Of a stretch of 64,000 nucleotides of DNA, positions 46,392 through 56,595 are shown one piece after another (positions within the stretch are counted from its first letter, which is position 1; each line of letters begins with the position of its first letter). Origin of the DNA: Bacteroidales bacterium (lineage in GTDB: Bacteria > Bacteroidota > Bacteroidia > Bacteroidales > VadinHA17). The DNA lies in assembly GCA_041686075.1 (NCBI GenBank), contig JAWLEO010000017.1, positions 12,256 through 76,255 on the forward strand. The letters are read 5' to 3'. A model generated the notes under the pieces. It was not told where the DNA came from. It made no database searches and was given only the letters and a program-made list of their open reading frames with translations. The translations under genes and the position numbers were made by a program.

Positions 46392-46969
46392 TCAGTATGG
46401 TTTTTAACGTATTCAACTATTAAGGGTATTATTTTCTTAAAATTGCTCCACTCTGGCTGCAGATAGAGTTTGCAAGCTAAAGGTACCCTGTTTTTGTATT
46501 TTTCAGCCCAGGCAAAATCATCTTCCTCTCTTATTATCACCTTCAATTCTCCTGCCAAAGTACAAATGTTTTTGTAAGGAGGTCGATTTTTTTTTGGAGA
46601 AAGGCAAATCCAATCCCAGCAACCAGTTAATTGATGAGAACCTGAAGTTTCAAGATAAGTTTTAATATTCGATTTTTTTAATTTTCTGCATAAGGGATCG
46701 AGGTTATACATCAAGGGCTCCCCGCCGGTTAAAACAACCGAATCAGCACCTGAATCATCAACAGCCCTCATCAGTGAATCAATATGGGTCATTTTATGAT
46801 ACCTGGGATCCCATGCAAATTTGGTGTCACACCAGCTACAACCAACATCACATCCACCCACACGTATAAAATATGCAGCCTTGCCTGTATGAAAGCCTTC
46901 ACCCTGTATTGAATAGAAATGTTCAACCACCGGAAGGTAAATTCCCTCTTTACCTCTTTCTTCCTTCAT
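46346..46969 (-). CDS. queE: 7-carboxy-7-deazaguanine synthase (radical SAM)
   Basis: FYSIQGEGFHTGKAAYFIRVGGCDVGCSWCDTKF and VVLTGGEPL parallel QueE over the full ~207-aa length. Confidence 0.8.
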   Translation of the reverse strand: MKEERGKEGIYLPVVEHFYSIQGEGFHTGKAAYFIRVGGCDVGCSWCDTKFAWDPRYHKMTHIDSLMRAVDDSGADSVVLTGGEPLMYNLDPLCRKLKKSNIKTYLETSGSHQLTGCWDWICLSPKKNRPPYKNICTLAGELKVIIREEDDFAWAEKYKNRVPLACKLYLQPEWSNFKKIIPLIVEYVKNHTEWSISIQSHKYMGIP

Positions 46970-47834
46970 TCTTCTTTAATCCTGAAACACGTATCCTGTA
47001 AATGGCCTGTTCCTTATAAGTTCTTTCCGACGCAAGGTAGATATAATTCCCCCTAACAAAAAGTGATTCGACCTGTGTGAATTTCAATTCAGGAACAATA
47101 TATTTAGTGTAATCATCAGAAAATGCATCCTTATCGTTATTCCTGAATTGCATCAAATAGGTTTCGTTTTCATAATATCCACATAGAAAAAGAGATTTTT
47201 CGGGGATGTGGTAAAAAGCCCCGGTTACCAGGAAGCCTGTGTCAAATGAATCCACAGGACTTAATATATTAGCCTCCCCTTCAGTAAGCCGGTACATCAT
47301 GGTAACATGATTTTTCCTGTTCTTGGAGAAACAATATAGTCCATGATCTGTTGCTGCCATAGCCTCACAATCCCATTCGTGCTTGCGTTTTACCTTCTTG
47401 ATGTTATCCCTTAATAAATAATCAAGAGGTGTTTTTTCTACAGGAGGTTCCGGAACGTCCAGACTGTCAATACTTATCCTGTAGATTGCCAGGTCTTTTC
47501 TTTTCCCACTGTTATTACCAAAATCACCTATATATAAATAACCACCGTATATAGATAGTTCTTCCCAGTCATTATTTCTTATATTAAAAAAGCGATATCT
47601 ATCTTGGAGTTCACCGGTATTAAGATCAAGTTTAAAAATATAAGGGCCGTTTCCTCCGTCATTCAGGGCGTAAATATTATTTCTAAAACATGCCATGCCT
47701 GATATTTCAACCAGCATCGGGCTGATATTCCACCGGGAATCAACATCAAGGACGTGGGGATTTTGGGCCTTAAGATCACCGGTGATAAGCAATAAACAAA
47801 ACGGCAATATAAGAAGCACTTTTCTAAATTGCAT
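46950..47834 (-). CDS. Secreted beta-propeller-like protein (SdiA-regulated/YjiK-like, tentative)
   Basis: The ATG at 47834 gives an MQFRKVLLILPFCLLLITG signal. EISGMACFRNNIYALNDGG resembles the E.SGL...D motif of that family. The call is weak. Confidence 0.35.
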   Translation of the reverse strand: MQFRKVLLILPFCLLLITGDLKAQNPHVLDVDSRWNISPMLVEISGMACFRNNIYALNDGGNGPYIFKLDLNTGELQDRYRFFNIRNNDWEELSIYGGYLYIGDFGNNSGKRKDLAIYRISIDSLDVPEPPVEKTPLDYLLRDNIKKVKRKHEWDCEAMAATDHGLYCFSKNRKNHVTMMYRLTEGEANILSPVDSFDTGFLVTGAFYHIPEKSLFLCGYYENETYLMQFRNNDKDAFSDDYTKYIVPELKFTQVESLFVRGNYIYLASERTYKEQAIYRIRVSGLKKNEGRKR

Positions 47835-47873
47835 TTTATCCTGGAGGTAATTATTAAGCCTTATTGATTGCAT

Positions 47874-48992
47874 TTACCGCAGCCTCATTGCTTCACTCAT
47901 CTTCTTAAAAAGATCGGTGTTATCGTAGAAGCCGGTAAACTCTTCTGCCCCCGCACCAAAGGCAAAAACAGGTACAATAACTCCCGTGTGACCTGTTGTA
48001 GCAAATTTGGGCATTATGGAATTTGTTTCCAGTATACCATCGGGGAGCGCCATACCTCCACATTCGTGATCAGCTGTTACAATAACCAGTGTGTTACGGT
48101 CCCTTGCGGCAAATCTCAGGGCCACACCTACCGCAATGTCAAAATCCAGAGTTTCTTCTACCAGGTAGAGCGCATCGTTTGCATGCCCTGCCCAATCAAT
48201 CTGTGATCCTTCAACCATAAGAAAGAAACCATTTTTATTGCGGTCAAGCAGTTGAATGGCTTTCCGTGTAGCTTCGCTAAGCATGTAATCCCTACCCCCT
48301 GAAAACCTTGGCATATGGTCGTCAGCCAGCAGTCCGGCTACTTTATCAGCACTTGCTTGATTCAATTCGTCCATTGTATAGGCAACTTCGTAACCATCAT
48401 TTTCTAATAATTTTATCAGGTTACGTTTATCTGTCCTGTCGGCAAAATCTGACTTGCCACCACCGATAAAAACATCGGGCTGGTTCCTGACAAATTCAAG
48501 TGCAATTGATTCATAATCGGCCCTTGATGCGATATGAGCAACAAAGGACGCCGGTGTTGCGTGAGTGACGGCACTGGTACTTACAACTCCGTATGACATA
48601 TTCTTCTGATCCCTTATTAACTCAGAAATATTAGCTACTCTGTTACTGTCGGGATCCATACCAATCATACCGTTACGCGTTTTTGTGCCCGTTGCCATGG
48701 CTGTTCCCGAAGCGGCGGAATCAGTCGTATAATCATCATACGACTGTGTCTTTATAAAGCCTATATGCCTGGTGGTTGTCATGTGCAGATGGTCTTCGCT
48801 TACTGCCATGGCCGCCGAAACCTGGGTAATACCCATACCATCACCGATCATTAATATTATCTTTTTAACTCTTGGTGCCGGTTCATTTTCTTTTACATAA
48901 GTGTAGGTGAACGATGAAATAACAAAGCCAAGAACTAATAAGAGTGCTGTTGTTTTTAGCCTGATTGATATTATATTATTTTTCTTTATCAT
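47874..48992 (-). CDS. Alkaline phosphatase (PhoA family)
   Basis: ILMIGDGMG, the active-site block DSAASGTAMATGTKT, and the C-terminal VTADHECGG and GHTG metal ligands. Confidence 0.85.
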   Translation of the reverse strand: MIKKNNIISIRLKTTALLLVLGFVISSFTYTYVKENEPAPRVKKIILMIGDGMGITQVSAAMAVSEDHLHMTTTRHIGFIKTQSYDDYTTDSAASGTAMATGTKTRNGMIGMDPDSNRVANISELIRDQKNMSYGVVSTSAVTHATPASFVAHIASRADYESIALEFVRNQPDVFIGGGKSDFADRTDKRNLIKLLENDGYEVAYTMDELNQASADKVAGLLADDHMPRFSGGRDYMLSEATRKAIQLLDRNKNGFFLMVEGSQIDWAGHANDALYLVEETLDFDIAVGVALRFAARDRNTLVIVTADHECGGMALPDGILETNSIMPKFATTGHTGVIVPVFAFGAGAEEFTGFYDNTDLFKKMSEAMRLR

Positions 48993-49190
48993 TTTGGGTT
49001 TAAGCTGTTTTATGTACTTCCATAAAGTATTTGGTATTTACTATGTCTCCTATAAATTATTACAAAGTTATAATCTTAAACTGTTTTTCCATTATTTATC
49101 TTTATTTTGCTATTTATAAGTAAATAACAAAATTTGATATGCATATGTTTTGACGTACATAACTTGGTAACCTTTAGCTATTATACGATT

Positions 49191-50360
49191 ATGGTAACAA
49201 CAGGTTTAGATAACTTCAACAGGGATGTACTTCCAATGATTAGGAATAAGAAAACAGGCGTAGTATGTCATGCACCAAGTATAAGCAGGCGATTTGAGCA
49301 TATTATTGACATGGTGCATCATGCTGCATCGTTTGAGCTGGCAGCTATATTCGGACCACAACATGGTTTATTTGGTCAGACCCAGGATAATATGATAGAA
49401 TGGGAAGGATATATCCATCCACGCTACAGGGTGCCGGTTTACAGTTTATATGGTAAAACGCGTAAGCCGACCGAAGAGATGCTGGAAAAATCAGAAATTA
49501 TGTTGATTGATCTTCAGGATGTGGGGGCAAGACCCTATACCTATGTATGGACACTGAAGCAATGCATGGAAGCATGTGCCAGGAAAAACATACCTGTCAT
49601 GGTAATTGACAGACCTAATCCAATCGGTGGAATAAAAAGAGACGGAGCACTGTTAAAAAGGGAATTTTACACCTTCGTTGGAGGGGCAGAGATTCCCCTC
49701 TGTCATGGAATGACAATGGGGGAAATGGCTCAGTGGATCAATAGTAAAGAGGATATCAACTGCGAGCTTACTGTCATCAAAATGAAAGGATGGCAAAGGG
49801 CAATGACCTGGCATGATACCGGTTTACCATGGGTACTCCCATCACCAAACATGCCGTCTGTTAATACGGCAATGGTATACCCGGGTATGGTACTTATAGA
49901 AGCCCTTAATATTTCGGAGGGCCGGGGAACCACCCTTCCATTTGAATTATGTGGCGCTCCTTTCCTTGATATAGATAAGATAATTACGGAACTTGATAAA
50001 ATGAAAATACCGGGCTGTGCTTTCAGGTTGCATAACTTTATCCCTACTTTTCACAAATTATCAGGCGAATACTGCCGTGGGATGCAAATTCATATTACTG
50101 ATTATGATGTATACGAACCTGTATATACAGCCGCCTGCATTTTTAAAAAGATCAATGATATATCAGGTGAGCTTCAATTCAACGATCCTCCCTACGAATA
50201 TGAAGAAGTATTAATGCCCTTTGACATATTATCCGGCGACAGCAATCTGAGAAAAGCTATTTCAGGAAATGGTTCACTTAACCATGAAAGAGAAAGATGG
50301 AGGTATGAAATAAAAGAATTTAACAGGGAATTTGAAGAAATTTCCCTTTACGAATCCTGA
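49191..50360 (+). CDS. DUF1343-family protein (NamZ-like exo-beta-N-acetylmuramidase)
   Basis: TGLDNF...KKTGVVCHAPSI and IDLQDVGARPYTYVWTL resemble the DUF1343 pattern as I remember it. I moved the start from the TTG at 49134 to the ATG at 49191. Confidence 0.55.
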   Translation: MVTTGLDNFNRDVLPMIRNKKTGVVCHAPSISRRFEHIIDMVHHAASFELAAIFGPQHGLFGQTQDNMIEWEGYIHPRYRVPVYSLYGKTRKPTEEMLEKSEIMLIDLQDVGARPYTYVWTLKQCMEACARKNIPVMVIDRPNPIGGIKRDGALLKREFYTFVGGAEIPLCHGMTMGEMAQWINSKEDINCELTVIKMKGWQRAMTWHDTGLPWVLPSPNMPSVNTAMVYPGMVLIEALNISEGRGTTLPFELCGAPFLDIDKIITELDKMKIPGCAFRLHNFIPTFHKLSGEYCRGMQIHITDYDVYEPVYTAACIFKKINDISGELQFNDPPYEYEEVLMPFDILSGDSNLRKAISGNGSLNHERERWRYEIKEFNREFEEISLYES

Positions 50361-51466
50361 TCTATCAATGGCCTTACAGCATCAAGTTCAATTTCAAACA
50401 TTAAATCATCCCTGCATACCGTGCCACCAACAGAAAGAAAATATGAAGGATCAATTTCCTTTGACAGACAGTAATCTGTTAAATGCTTTACATGACCGGG
50501 ATCAGGGAAGTAAGCAATAGCACGTACAATATCATCCCACTTGTAATGCTCACTTATCAAGATAGATTTTACAACTCCCATGGTATGCTCTATTTGTTTT
50601 ACAACGTTTTCCTTATATAGTGTTTCTCCGGTGCTGCCTATTGAAGCTGTTCCACTTATTACCAGTCTTTTTGATGTTTGAAAACTGATCTCCACAGCCC
50701 TGCTGAAGGAGCTCTTATAGTTGATGGCATCACATTGCATAGGGGAATCAACCATTCTAACCATTTCTTTTTCATCCTTCGGATTAATCGCAAAAGCACT
50801 GAGCGAAAGGTTCTTCTTATAAATATTGCTAAGGCCTATGCCGGTGCTGGAAGGAATAATTCCTTCAAAGATATTTTCTTCTGTGAAAAAATCATTCCGC
50901 CCTTTGTTTAAGATATCATACCAGTCGAGGATATTATTAATATAAAGCCAGGTACGGACCAGATTATTATAGCTGACATTGTTATCCTTAAGTATTTTCC
51001 CGAGTGATTCGAAGGATGAAAATGCCTCCATGTAATAATTATCCGACTTGCTTGCCCGGATATTACTTATATAATAAAGTTCCGAGCCATAATGATCAAA
51101 CACTTTAACAGTGGTATGTTCTGGTGCATTTAATGATTTAACCGCCCTGTCATTGGCACAAATCAATTGTATCTGGTAACCAGATGAAACATTATGGTGG
51201 AGGAAGATCATAGTGCCAAGCCTGTTGAAAGGAGCATTAATAATATTAGCACCAGGACCAGTACCAAAACCAAAAGCAAAACCAATTAGCACCTCCAGAT
51301 AATTGTCCTTTAGGTATGATGATAAATATTTGGTAGCCTTACAAATATTGCCATCGGGCTGCACATCTAGATTAATATAGAAAAACGAATGATCCGGATA
51401 TTCTTCTTCTACTATGATTAAATCTGATTTTTCGCAGATAGAAATTTTTTCCCTGTTAATGTTCAT
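50348..51466 (-). CDS. FkbO/Hyg5/XanB2-like chorismatase-family protein (RidA-fold C-terminus)
   Basis: RTWLYINNIL, IPSSTGIG, FSRAVEI and VISGTASIGSTGETLY match the family blocks R.WNYIP.I, PAATGIG, FSRA and ISGTASI. The ATG at 51466 overlaps the upstream gene's end by 11 nt. Confidence 0.5.
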   Translation of the reverse strand: MNINREKISICEKSDLIIVEEEYPDHSFFYINLDVQPDGNICKATKYLSSYLKDNYLEVLIGFAFGFGTGPGANIINAPFNRLGTMIFLHHNVSSGYQIQLICANDRAVKSLNAPEHTTVKVFDHYGSELYYISNIRASKSDNYYMEAFSSFESLGKILKDNNVSYNNLVRTWLYINNILDWYDILNKGRNDFFTEENIFEGIIPSSTGIGLSNIYKKNLSLSAFAINPKDEKEMVRMVDSPMQCDAINYKSSFSRAVEISFQTSKRLVISGTASIGSTGETLYKENVVKQIEHTMGVVKSILISEHYKWDDIVRAIAYFPDPGHVKHLTDYCLSKEIDPSYFLSVGGTVCRDDLMFEIELDAVRPLIDQDS

Positions 51467-53831
51467 TTTTTTCAAGCTGTTCTAACCTGCTTAGGATTGC
51501 CTGTTTCTGTTCATCTGCCAGATTCTCATTCTTGAGTGCTTTTTCGAGAATAATTTTTGCCCTATCCAGATTACCTTCATTGATGTAAATGCCTGACAGA
51601 AGAAAGTAAGAATCAAAGAAAGAACCATCCTCATCTATAATATCCTCAAGTATTTTCTTTGCAGAGGCCGTTTTGTCCGATCTAACAAGGTAAAAGGCAT
51701 GTGTATAGGTATATTTCATATTTCCGGGATCCCATTTCATTGCTCTCCGGCTAAGGTCAACGGCCTTCTCCAGGTCATCATCTGATACAAGTACTGCAAG
51801 GTTATAAGCAGCTACTGCATTTTCATCGCTAACAGCCATCAGTCGCTTAAAGTGTTGTTTGGCCATCTCGCTATTCCCTGTTTCACCATATAAGAGTGCC
51901 AGGTTTAGCAATGCCGCCTCATGGTTGGGAGCATAAGAAAGAACCCTGGTAAACAATTCCTCAGCCCTCTTATAATTACCCAGTATTGAATTAACATAAC
52001 CGGCATTAACCATTGGCATTATGGCTTCAGGATATATCTTTATCGATGTATTATATGCTTCCAGTGCCTTTTCAAAGTCATTCACATTGCTATAGTAATT
52101 CCCAAGATTATAATGTGCCGACCAGTCGTCAGGGTGAGTGACCAGTGAATTTTCATATTCAGCCAGTGCAGCCGATATAATTGAACTGTTTGATTCATCG
52201 ATGTAATTATCAGGATATGAACTTAGAGAAAATGCTGCATTCAGTCTCACAAGCCTGTAGTCGTCCTTAACGAGCTCCAAAAGACGCTCGAAGGCCTGTT
52301 TTGAATTATCGGCGTAAAGGCTGTGGGCAGCAGCACCTCTAACCAGTGGTGATTCATGATAAGTAAGCTTCAGCATCACATCCCATTTTGAAGGATCATC
52401 GCAGTTCTCCAGTAACCTGATGAATGAAGTTGTATAAACTTTATCAAACCTTTCTGATTCAAGACCTGTTAATATTGTATCAAGATCAGACCAGTCGCCT
52501 TCCCTGGCTTTCCGTATAAGATATCCATTCCGAATTGTCTCAGCCTGGTACTCACGCTTATGTGTATCCTGAATTACTTTTTCGGCCCATTCAGCTGTCA
52601 TATCATCATGGCAGATATTGCAGGCATTTGGTGAACCAAAAGCTATTGTGGCCGCGGGCATAGGAGGACGGAATGAATGATCACTTCTGTCCATTCGGGC
52701 AAAAGTTGTTTTGGGCATATGGCAAGCAATACACTTACTTCCCTCAGAATCAGGTTTATGAAATGTATGAGCACTAACATTATTTACTCTGTCTGAGTGA
52801 CATGGCATGCAGGCATCATTGGCGTTTTCCCCTCCAAAACGATACCTGCCGCTGGAGGTATGACAGCTTACGCAGTGCATACCACTGCTTTCAGCACATT
52901 TGTTCATTTCCCATGTGGTCATGGTATAGTTCTCACCCAGGTCCCGACCATCGGCATAAAAGTCAGGGTTTTCGAGTGTAATGAGATCAAAGTAATCGTA
53001 AAATGGTGCACCGGGCTTATATGACTCGGCAATAACCGTTGCCTTGGCATGGCATGAACCGCAGGCAGCATTATGTTGCTCCGGGGTAAATATACTTGTT
53101 TGTACCAGTTTAAGATCTTCAGGCATATTCCCCTCCCCCGCTTTAACACATTCTACTATGTGTTCATAACTTGGCCCGTGGCATGTTTCACAGTTAATTC
53201 CCGGTTCCCGCCACTTTGTATTATAGGTGTTATCCTCCAGGTCATAATTAGTTTCAAGCTGGCTTACATGACAATTATAGCATGTAGTATTAAAAGTATA
53301 GAGGTGATTCATCCAGTCAAGGGGAGCGTCTTCCATAGCCTCAAAATGTCTCACCCCGCTTTCCGGGTTATTATACCAGGTATCGGTATCACAGTCGTAA
53401 GCAAGAGGCAAAACCTGCAGTCGACCACGTGATAAAGGTGTTAGGAAATAATATATATATTTACCACCCATAGTATGAATGGCAGGATATTCATTAGTTT
53501 CACCCGACCTCTTCATTTCCTCAAAAACAAGGGTGTCATTCTTCAACAGAACCTTAAATTTATCAGTACCCACCTTTATTTCCTGGTTAAATGACCTGAT
53601 ATTCTCTTCAATAAAATCACCTGTAACAGGCTGCATTGCCAGGCCGTGATACGAGTCATGCCATAAATCATAAAACCTTTCGTGACATGGACGACAGCTT
53701 TCGCTACCCGAATATGCAGCGACTTCATTTTGCAGCCTGTCGGATTTTATACTGTGCAGAACGGCAATTGACACAACGCCTGTAACCATTACTATTAAAA
53801 TGAAAATAATAAGAATTAATCTGTTTTTCAT
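51456..53831 (-). CDS. Membrane-anchored octaheme c-type cytochrome fused to HEAT/TPR repeat domain
   Basis: Eight CxxCH motifs: CRPCH, CYNCH, CETCH, CGSCH, CVSCH, CMPCH, CIACH, CNICH. N-terminal TM helix LILIIFILIVMVTGVVSIAVL. C-terminal TPRs. I chose the ATG at 53831 (track start at 53873 is TTG). Confidence 0.75.
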   Translation of the reverse strand: MKNRLILIIFILIVMVTGVVSIAVLHSIKSDRLQNEVAAYSGSESCRPCHERFYDLWHDSYHGLAMQPVTGDFIEENIRSFNQEIKVGTDKFKVLLKNDTLVFEEMKRSGETNEYPAIHTMGGKYIYYFLTPLSRGRLQVLPLAYDCDTDTWYNNPESGVRHFEAMEDAPLDWMNHLYTFNTTCYNCHVSQLETNYDLEDNTYNTKWREPGINCETCHGPSYEHIVECVKAGEGNMPEDLKLVQTSIFTPEQHNAACGSCHAKATVIAESYKPGAPFYDYFDLITLENPDFYADGRDLGENYTMTTWEMNKCAESSGMHCVSCHTSSGRYRFGGENANDACMPCHSDRVNNVSAHTFHKPDSEGSKCIACHMPKTTFARMDRSDHSFRPPMPAATIAFGSPNACNICHDDMTAEWAEKVIQDTHKREYQAETIRNGYLIRKAREGDWSDLDTILTGLESERFDKVYTTSFIRLLENCDDPSKWDVMLKLTYHESPLVRGAAAHSLYADNSKQAFERLLELVKDDYRLVRLNAAFSLSSYPDNYIDESNSSIISAALAEYENSLVTHPDDWSAHYNLGNYYSNVNDFEKALEAYNTSIKIYPEAIMPMVNAGYVNSILGNYKRAEELFTRVLSYAPNHEAALLNLALLYGETGNSEMAKQHFKRLMAVSDENAVAAYNLAVLVSDDDLEKAVDLSRRAMKWDPGNMKYTYTHAFYLVRSDKTASAKKILEDIIDEDGSFFDSYFLLSGIYINEGNLDRAKIILEKALKNENLADEQKQAILSRLEQLEKNEH

Positions 53832-53865
53832 AGCACTTTTTATGATTACTGTAGTGCCAAATGGC

Positions 53866-54249
53866 TCATTCAAATAAGCTTTCGTCCCTTACCAGTAGCA
53901 GTATACTTGATTGCGATACAACCACATATTTTTCCTTATTGAATTCTATCTCCACAGCTGTGTTCTGCATATAAACAGCAAGGTCACCTTCCTTTGGTTG
54001 TAGTGGTACATATTGTGGCTCCTCACTTCTTTTCTTCCATGGCTCATCCACATCGGTAATGGAGGGGATAGGGTATCCAGGGCCCACCTTCAAGACGTAA
54101 CCTAGCTGTACCTTTTCATTCTCATGCACTCCGGGTGGGAGATATAGTCCTGATTTAGTTTTGGATTGTGGAGTTTTGGGTTTGATCAATATCCTGTCTC
54201 CGACAACTATTAGTTTATTCAGATCTTTTTCATCTAAAAGCACATTCAT
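53866..54249 (-). CDS. GroES/Cpn10-like family protein
   Basis: VVGDRILIKPK...TKSGLYLP...GYVLKVGPG follows the GroES beta-barrel pattern, with a longer C-terminus than GroES. Confidence 0.5.
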   Translation of the reverse strand: MNVLLDEKDLNKLIVVGDRILIKPKTPQSKTKSGLYLPPGVHENEKVQLGYVLKVGPGYPIPSITDVDEPWKKRSEEPQYVPLQPKEGDLAVYMQNTAVEIEFNKEKYVVVSQSSILLLVRDESLFE

Positions 54250-54337
54250 TACCTCATTTTTACAGTAAGTACGGACAAATTTATATATTATTTTCTGATA
54301 AGGTATTTTTTAGGAATATTTGTAAAAAATTTATCAG

Positions 54338-55036
54338 GTGCATATATCATTTATACTCGTAGAGCCAAAAGTCCCGGAAAACGTCGGAGCGGCAGCAAGA
54401 GCAATGAAAACCATGGGCTTCAAGAGACTTTGCCTTGTCAGGCCATGTGAATATCGAACCGGCAAAGCCAGGTGGCTTGCTCATGGCTCAGAAGATATCC
54501 TCGATAATGCAGAAGTATTTACCAGCCTGGAAACAGCTGTTGCGAATAATGATCTAGTCATTGGAACCACAGCCAGGCAGAGAATATCAAAAAGTGAATA
54601 TATTGATATTTCGGGACTCAGGTCCTTCCTGGAAGAAAGGAAGGAAGAATACAAAATAATTGCTGTGGTTTTCGGGAGGGAAGAATACGGTTTAAGCAAT
54701 GAAGAAATGGAACTGTGTGACATAACAAGTACCATTCCAATGGCATCTTCCTATCCATCCCTTAACCTGTCCCAGGCTGTGATGATATATTCATATATGC
54801 TGAGTGAAAAGACGGAATCAGGCTTTGTTCATAATGATCCGCTACCTGGAAATGAGAGCCTGAGCTTACTGAAAAACAAAATAGAGACCCTTTTTTCAGG
54901 AACAACGATAGATAAAAACAAAGCTCTAAAAGGAAGGATTATGGAACGCCTGGCACTGGCTAAGGGAAAGGATATTAGATTAATACATTCATTAACAAAT
55001 TCTTTAATCAGCAAATACGAAAAAGGACACGAATGA
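54338..55036 (+). CDS. SpoU/TrmJ-like tRNA/rRNA 2'-O-methyltransferase
   Basis: FILVEPKVPENVGAAARAMKTMGF, VFGREEYGLSNEE and SLNLSQAV are SPOUT class motifs. GTG start. Confidence 0.7.
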   Translation: MHISFILVEPKVPENVGAAARAMKTMGFKRLCLVRPCEYRTGKARWLAHGSEDILDNAEVFTSLETAVANNDLVIGTTARQRISKSEYIDISGLRSFLEERKEEYKIIAVVFGREEYGLSNEEMELCDITSTIPMASSYPSLNLSQAVMIYSYMLSEKTESGFVHNDPLPGNESLSLLKNKIETLFSGTTIDKNKALKGRIMERLALAKGKDIRLIHSLTNSLISKYEKGHE

Positions 55037-55893
55037 TTTACCTTCTGTTATGCATAATATCAAATGCAGGCATATATGTTGTTTTCAAAATAGCCGGCAA
55101 CTTAAAGCTGGATACTTTCAGGATCATTATCATAAATTACATTGCTGCTGCCATACTGGGATTTTCCATAGGTGAGCTTCCGGAGAAGACTGATCTCAAT
55201 GCCGGCTGGATGCCAATGGCAATTATCATCGGTATTCTTTTTATTGTAGTGTTTTTTATAATAGCCCTATCGACGCAAAAGGCAGGCATAGCCGTTACGT
55301 CCGTTGCCACAAAGATGTCAGTTGTAATACCAATAACCTTCTCCTTATTTTATTTTAATGAGCCAATAAGCGCATTAAAAATAATAGGTATAATCTCAGC
55401 CATTGTAGCGGTCTTTATGACAACATATAACAGGGATAAGAGTAAAAAGAGAGGTATCCAGGCGTTATTATTACCCTTTATACTTTTCTTCAGCGCGGGC
55501 ATTATAGATTCACTTATAAAATATACCCAGGAAGTCCATATCGCTGATCAAAGTGCTTTAATGTTTTCTTCTATATTGTTTTCAATATCTGCCATGACAG
55601 GGTTGATCTCCAGTCTATTCAGAAAGGGTGTCCTGAAAACTGAAAAACTTATTCAATCAATAGTTGCGGGAATTACACTGGGCATAGTGAATTTTTTCTC
55701 GCTATATGCTATTATAATGGCTCTCGAGAGTTATGTATTCGACAGTTCAATTGTCTTTGGCATTAATAATATGGGTATAGTGGTATTATCTGTTATAATT
55801 GCTCTTGTTTTCTTTAATGAGAAACTGAGTAAACTCAATGTAGCAGGTATTTTATTGTCAATATTGACTATTATTTTCCTGAGTTATATTTAA
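55033..55893 (+). CDS. DMT/EamA-like 10-TM membrane transporter
   Basis: Hydrophobic 286-aa protein with two similar halves. ATGA overlap with the upstream stop. Confidence 0.45.
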   Translation: MIYLLLCIISNAGIYVVFKIAGNLKLDTFRIIIINYIAAAILGFSIGELPEKTDLNAGWMPMAIIIGILFIVVFFIIALSTQKAGIAVTSVATKMSVVIPITFSLFYFNEPISALKIIGIISAIVAVFMTTYNRDKSKKRGIQALLLPFILFFSAGIIDSLIKYTQEVHIADQSALMFSSILFSISAMTGLISSLFRKGVLKTEKLIQSIVAGITLGIVNFFSLYAIIMALESYVFDSSIVFGINNMGIVVLSVIIALVFFNEKLSKLNVAGILLSILTIIFLSYI

Positions 55894-55902
55894 TGTAAAT
55901 CC

Positions 55903-56511
55903 GTGAAAGACGAATACAGGACAATACGCAAGGAATCGGAGGGGATTTTCAAAGACAGGGGCAGCAAATTTATAGCCATTGCAAGTCCCGTGTATTCAAC
56001 TGAAGAAATAGACGGGATCCTGGAAAATGTAAAAAAGAAATATCATAATGCCCGTCATCATTGCTACGCATATAAACTGGGTACCGGTGATGATAGGTGG
56101 AGGGTAAGTGATGATGGTGAACCACCGGGAACGGCGGGGAATCCAATTATGGGTCAGATAAGGTCTTTTAGGCTCACAAATATTTTAATTATTGTTATAA
56201 GGTATTTCGGCGGGACGCTTCTTGGTACGGGAGGACTCATAAAGGCTTATCGTAGTGCAGCCAGGGACGCACTTGAAAATGCTGATATAATCAAAAGAAC
56301 CCTGGACTGCACCTACCGCTTACATTTTCCCTATTCAGCCATGAATGAAGTTATGAAGATAATAAAGGAAGAAAATCTAAGGCAAAGTGACCAGGTTTTC
56401 GAAGTCGACTGTAGGATGAAGATACACTTCAGGGCATCGTGGGAAGAAAGGATAAAGAGAAGGTTTCAATTGGTAGAGAAGCTTGAATTTGAAAGGGTAT
56501 TTATCAATTAA
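55903..56511 (+). CDS. yigZ: YigZ / IMPACT-family protein
   Basis: KDRGSKFIAIASPV...ARHHCYAYKLG...DDGEP.GTAG is the UPF0029 signature. GTG start. Confidence 0.75.
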   Translation: MKDEYRTIRKESEGIFKDRGSKFIAIASPVYSTEEIDGILENVKKKYHNARHHCYAYKLGTGDDRWRVSDDGEPPGTAGNPIMGQIRSFRLTNILIIVIRYFGGTLLGTGGLIKAYRSAARDALENADIIKRTLDCTYRLHFPYSAMNEVMKIIKEENLRQSDQVFEVDCRMKIHFRASWEERIKRRFQLVEKLEFERVFIN

Positions 56512-56595
56512 TTATTAACAAATAAGTGTAAATATTTCATTGTTTATAACTTTGTCAAATGAACAAATTATAATCACATAAATCACCGATTAATT

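Noticed and set aside
46346-46969. Radical SAM enzyme near the peptide locus, considered as a possible peptide maturase
   Set aside because: Its full-length pattern and size (207 aa, GGCDVGCSWCDTKF, TGGEPL) match QueE of queuosine biosynthesis. It has no SPASM or RRE-type extension. It is also separated from the peptide locus by the OmpA-family gene and a terminator.
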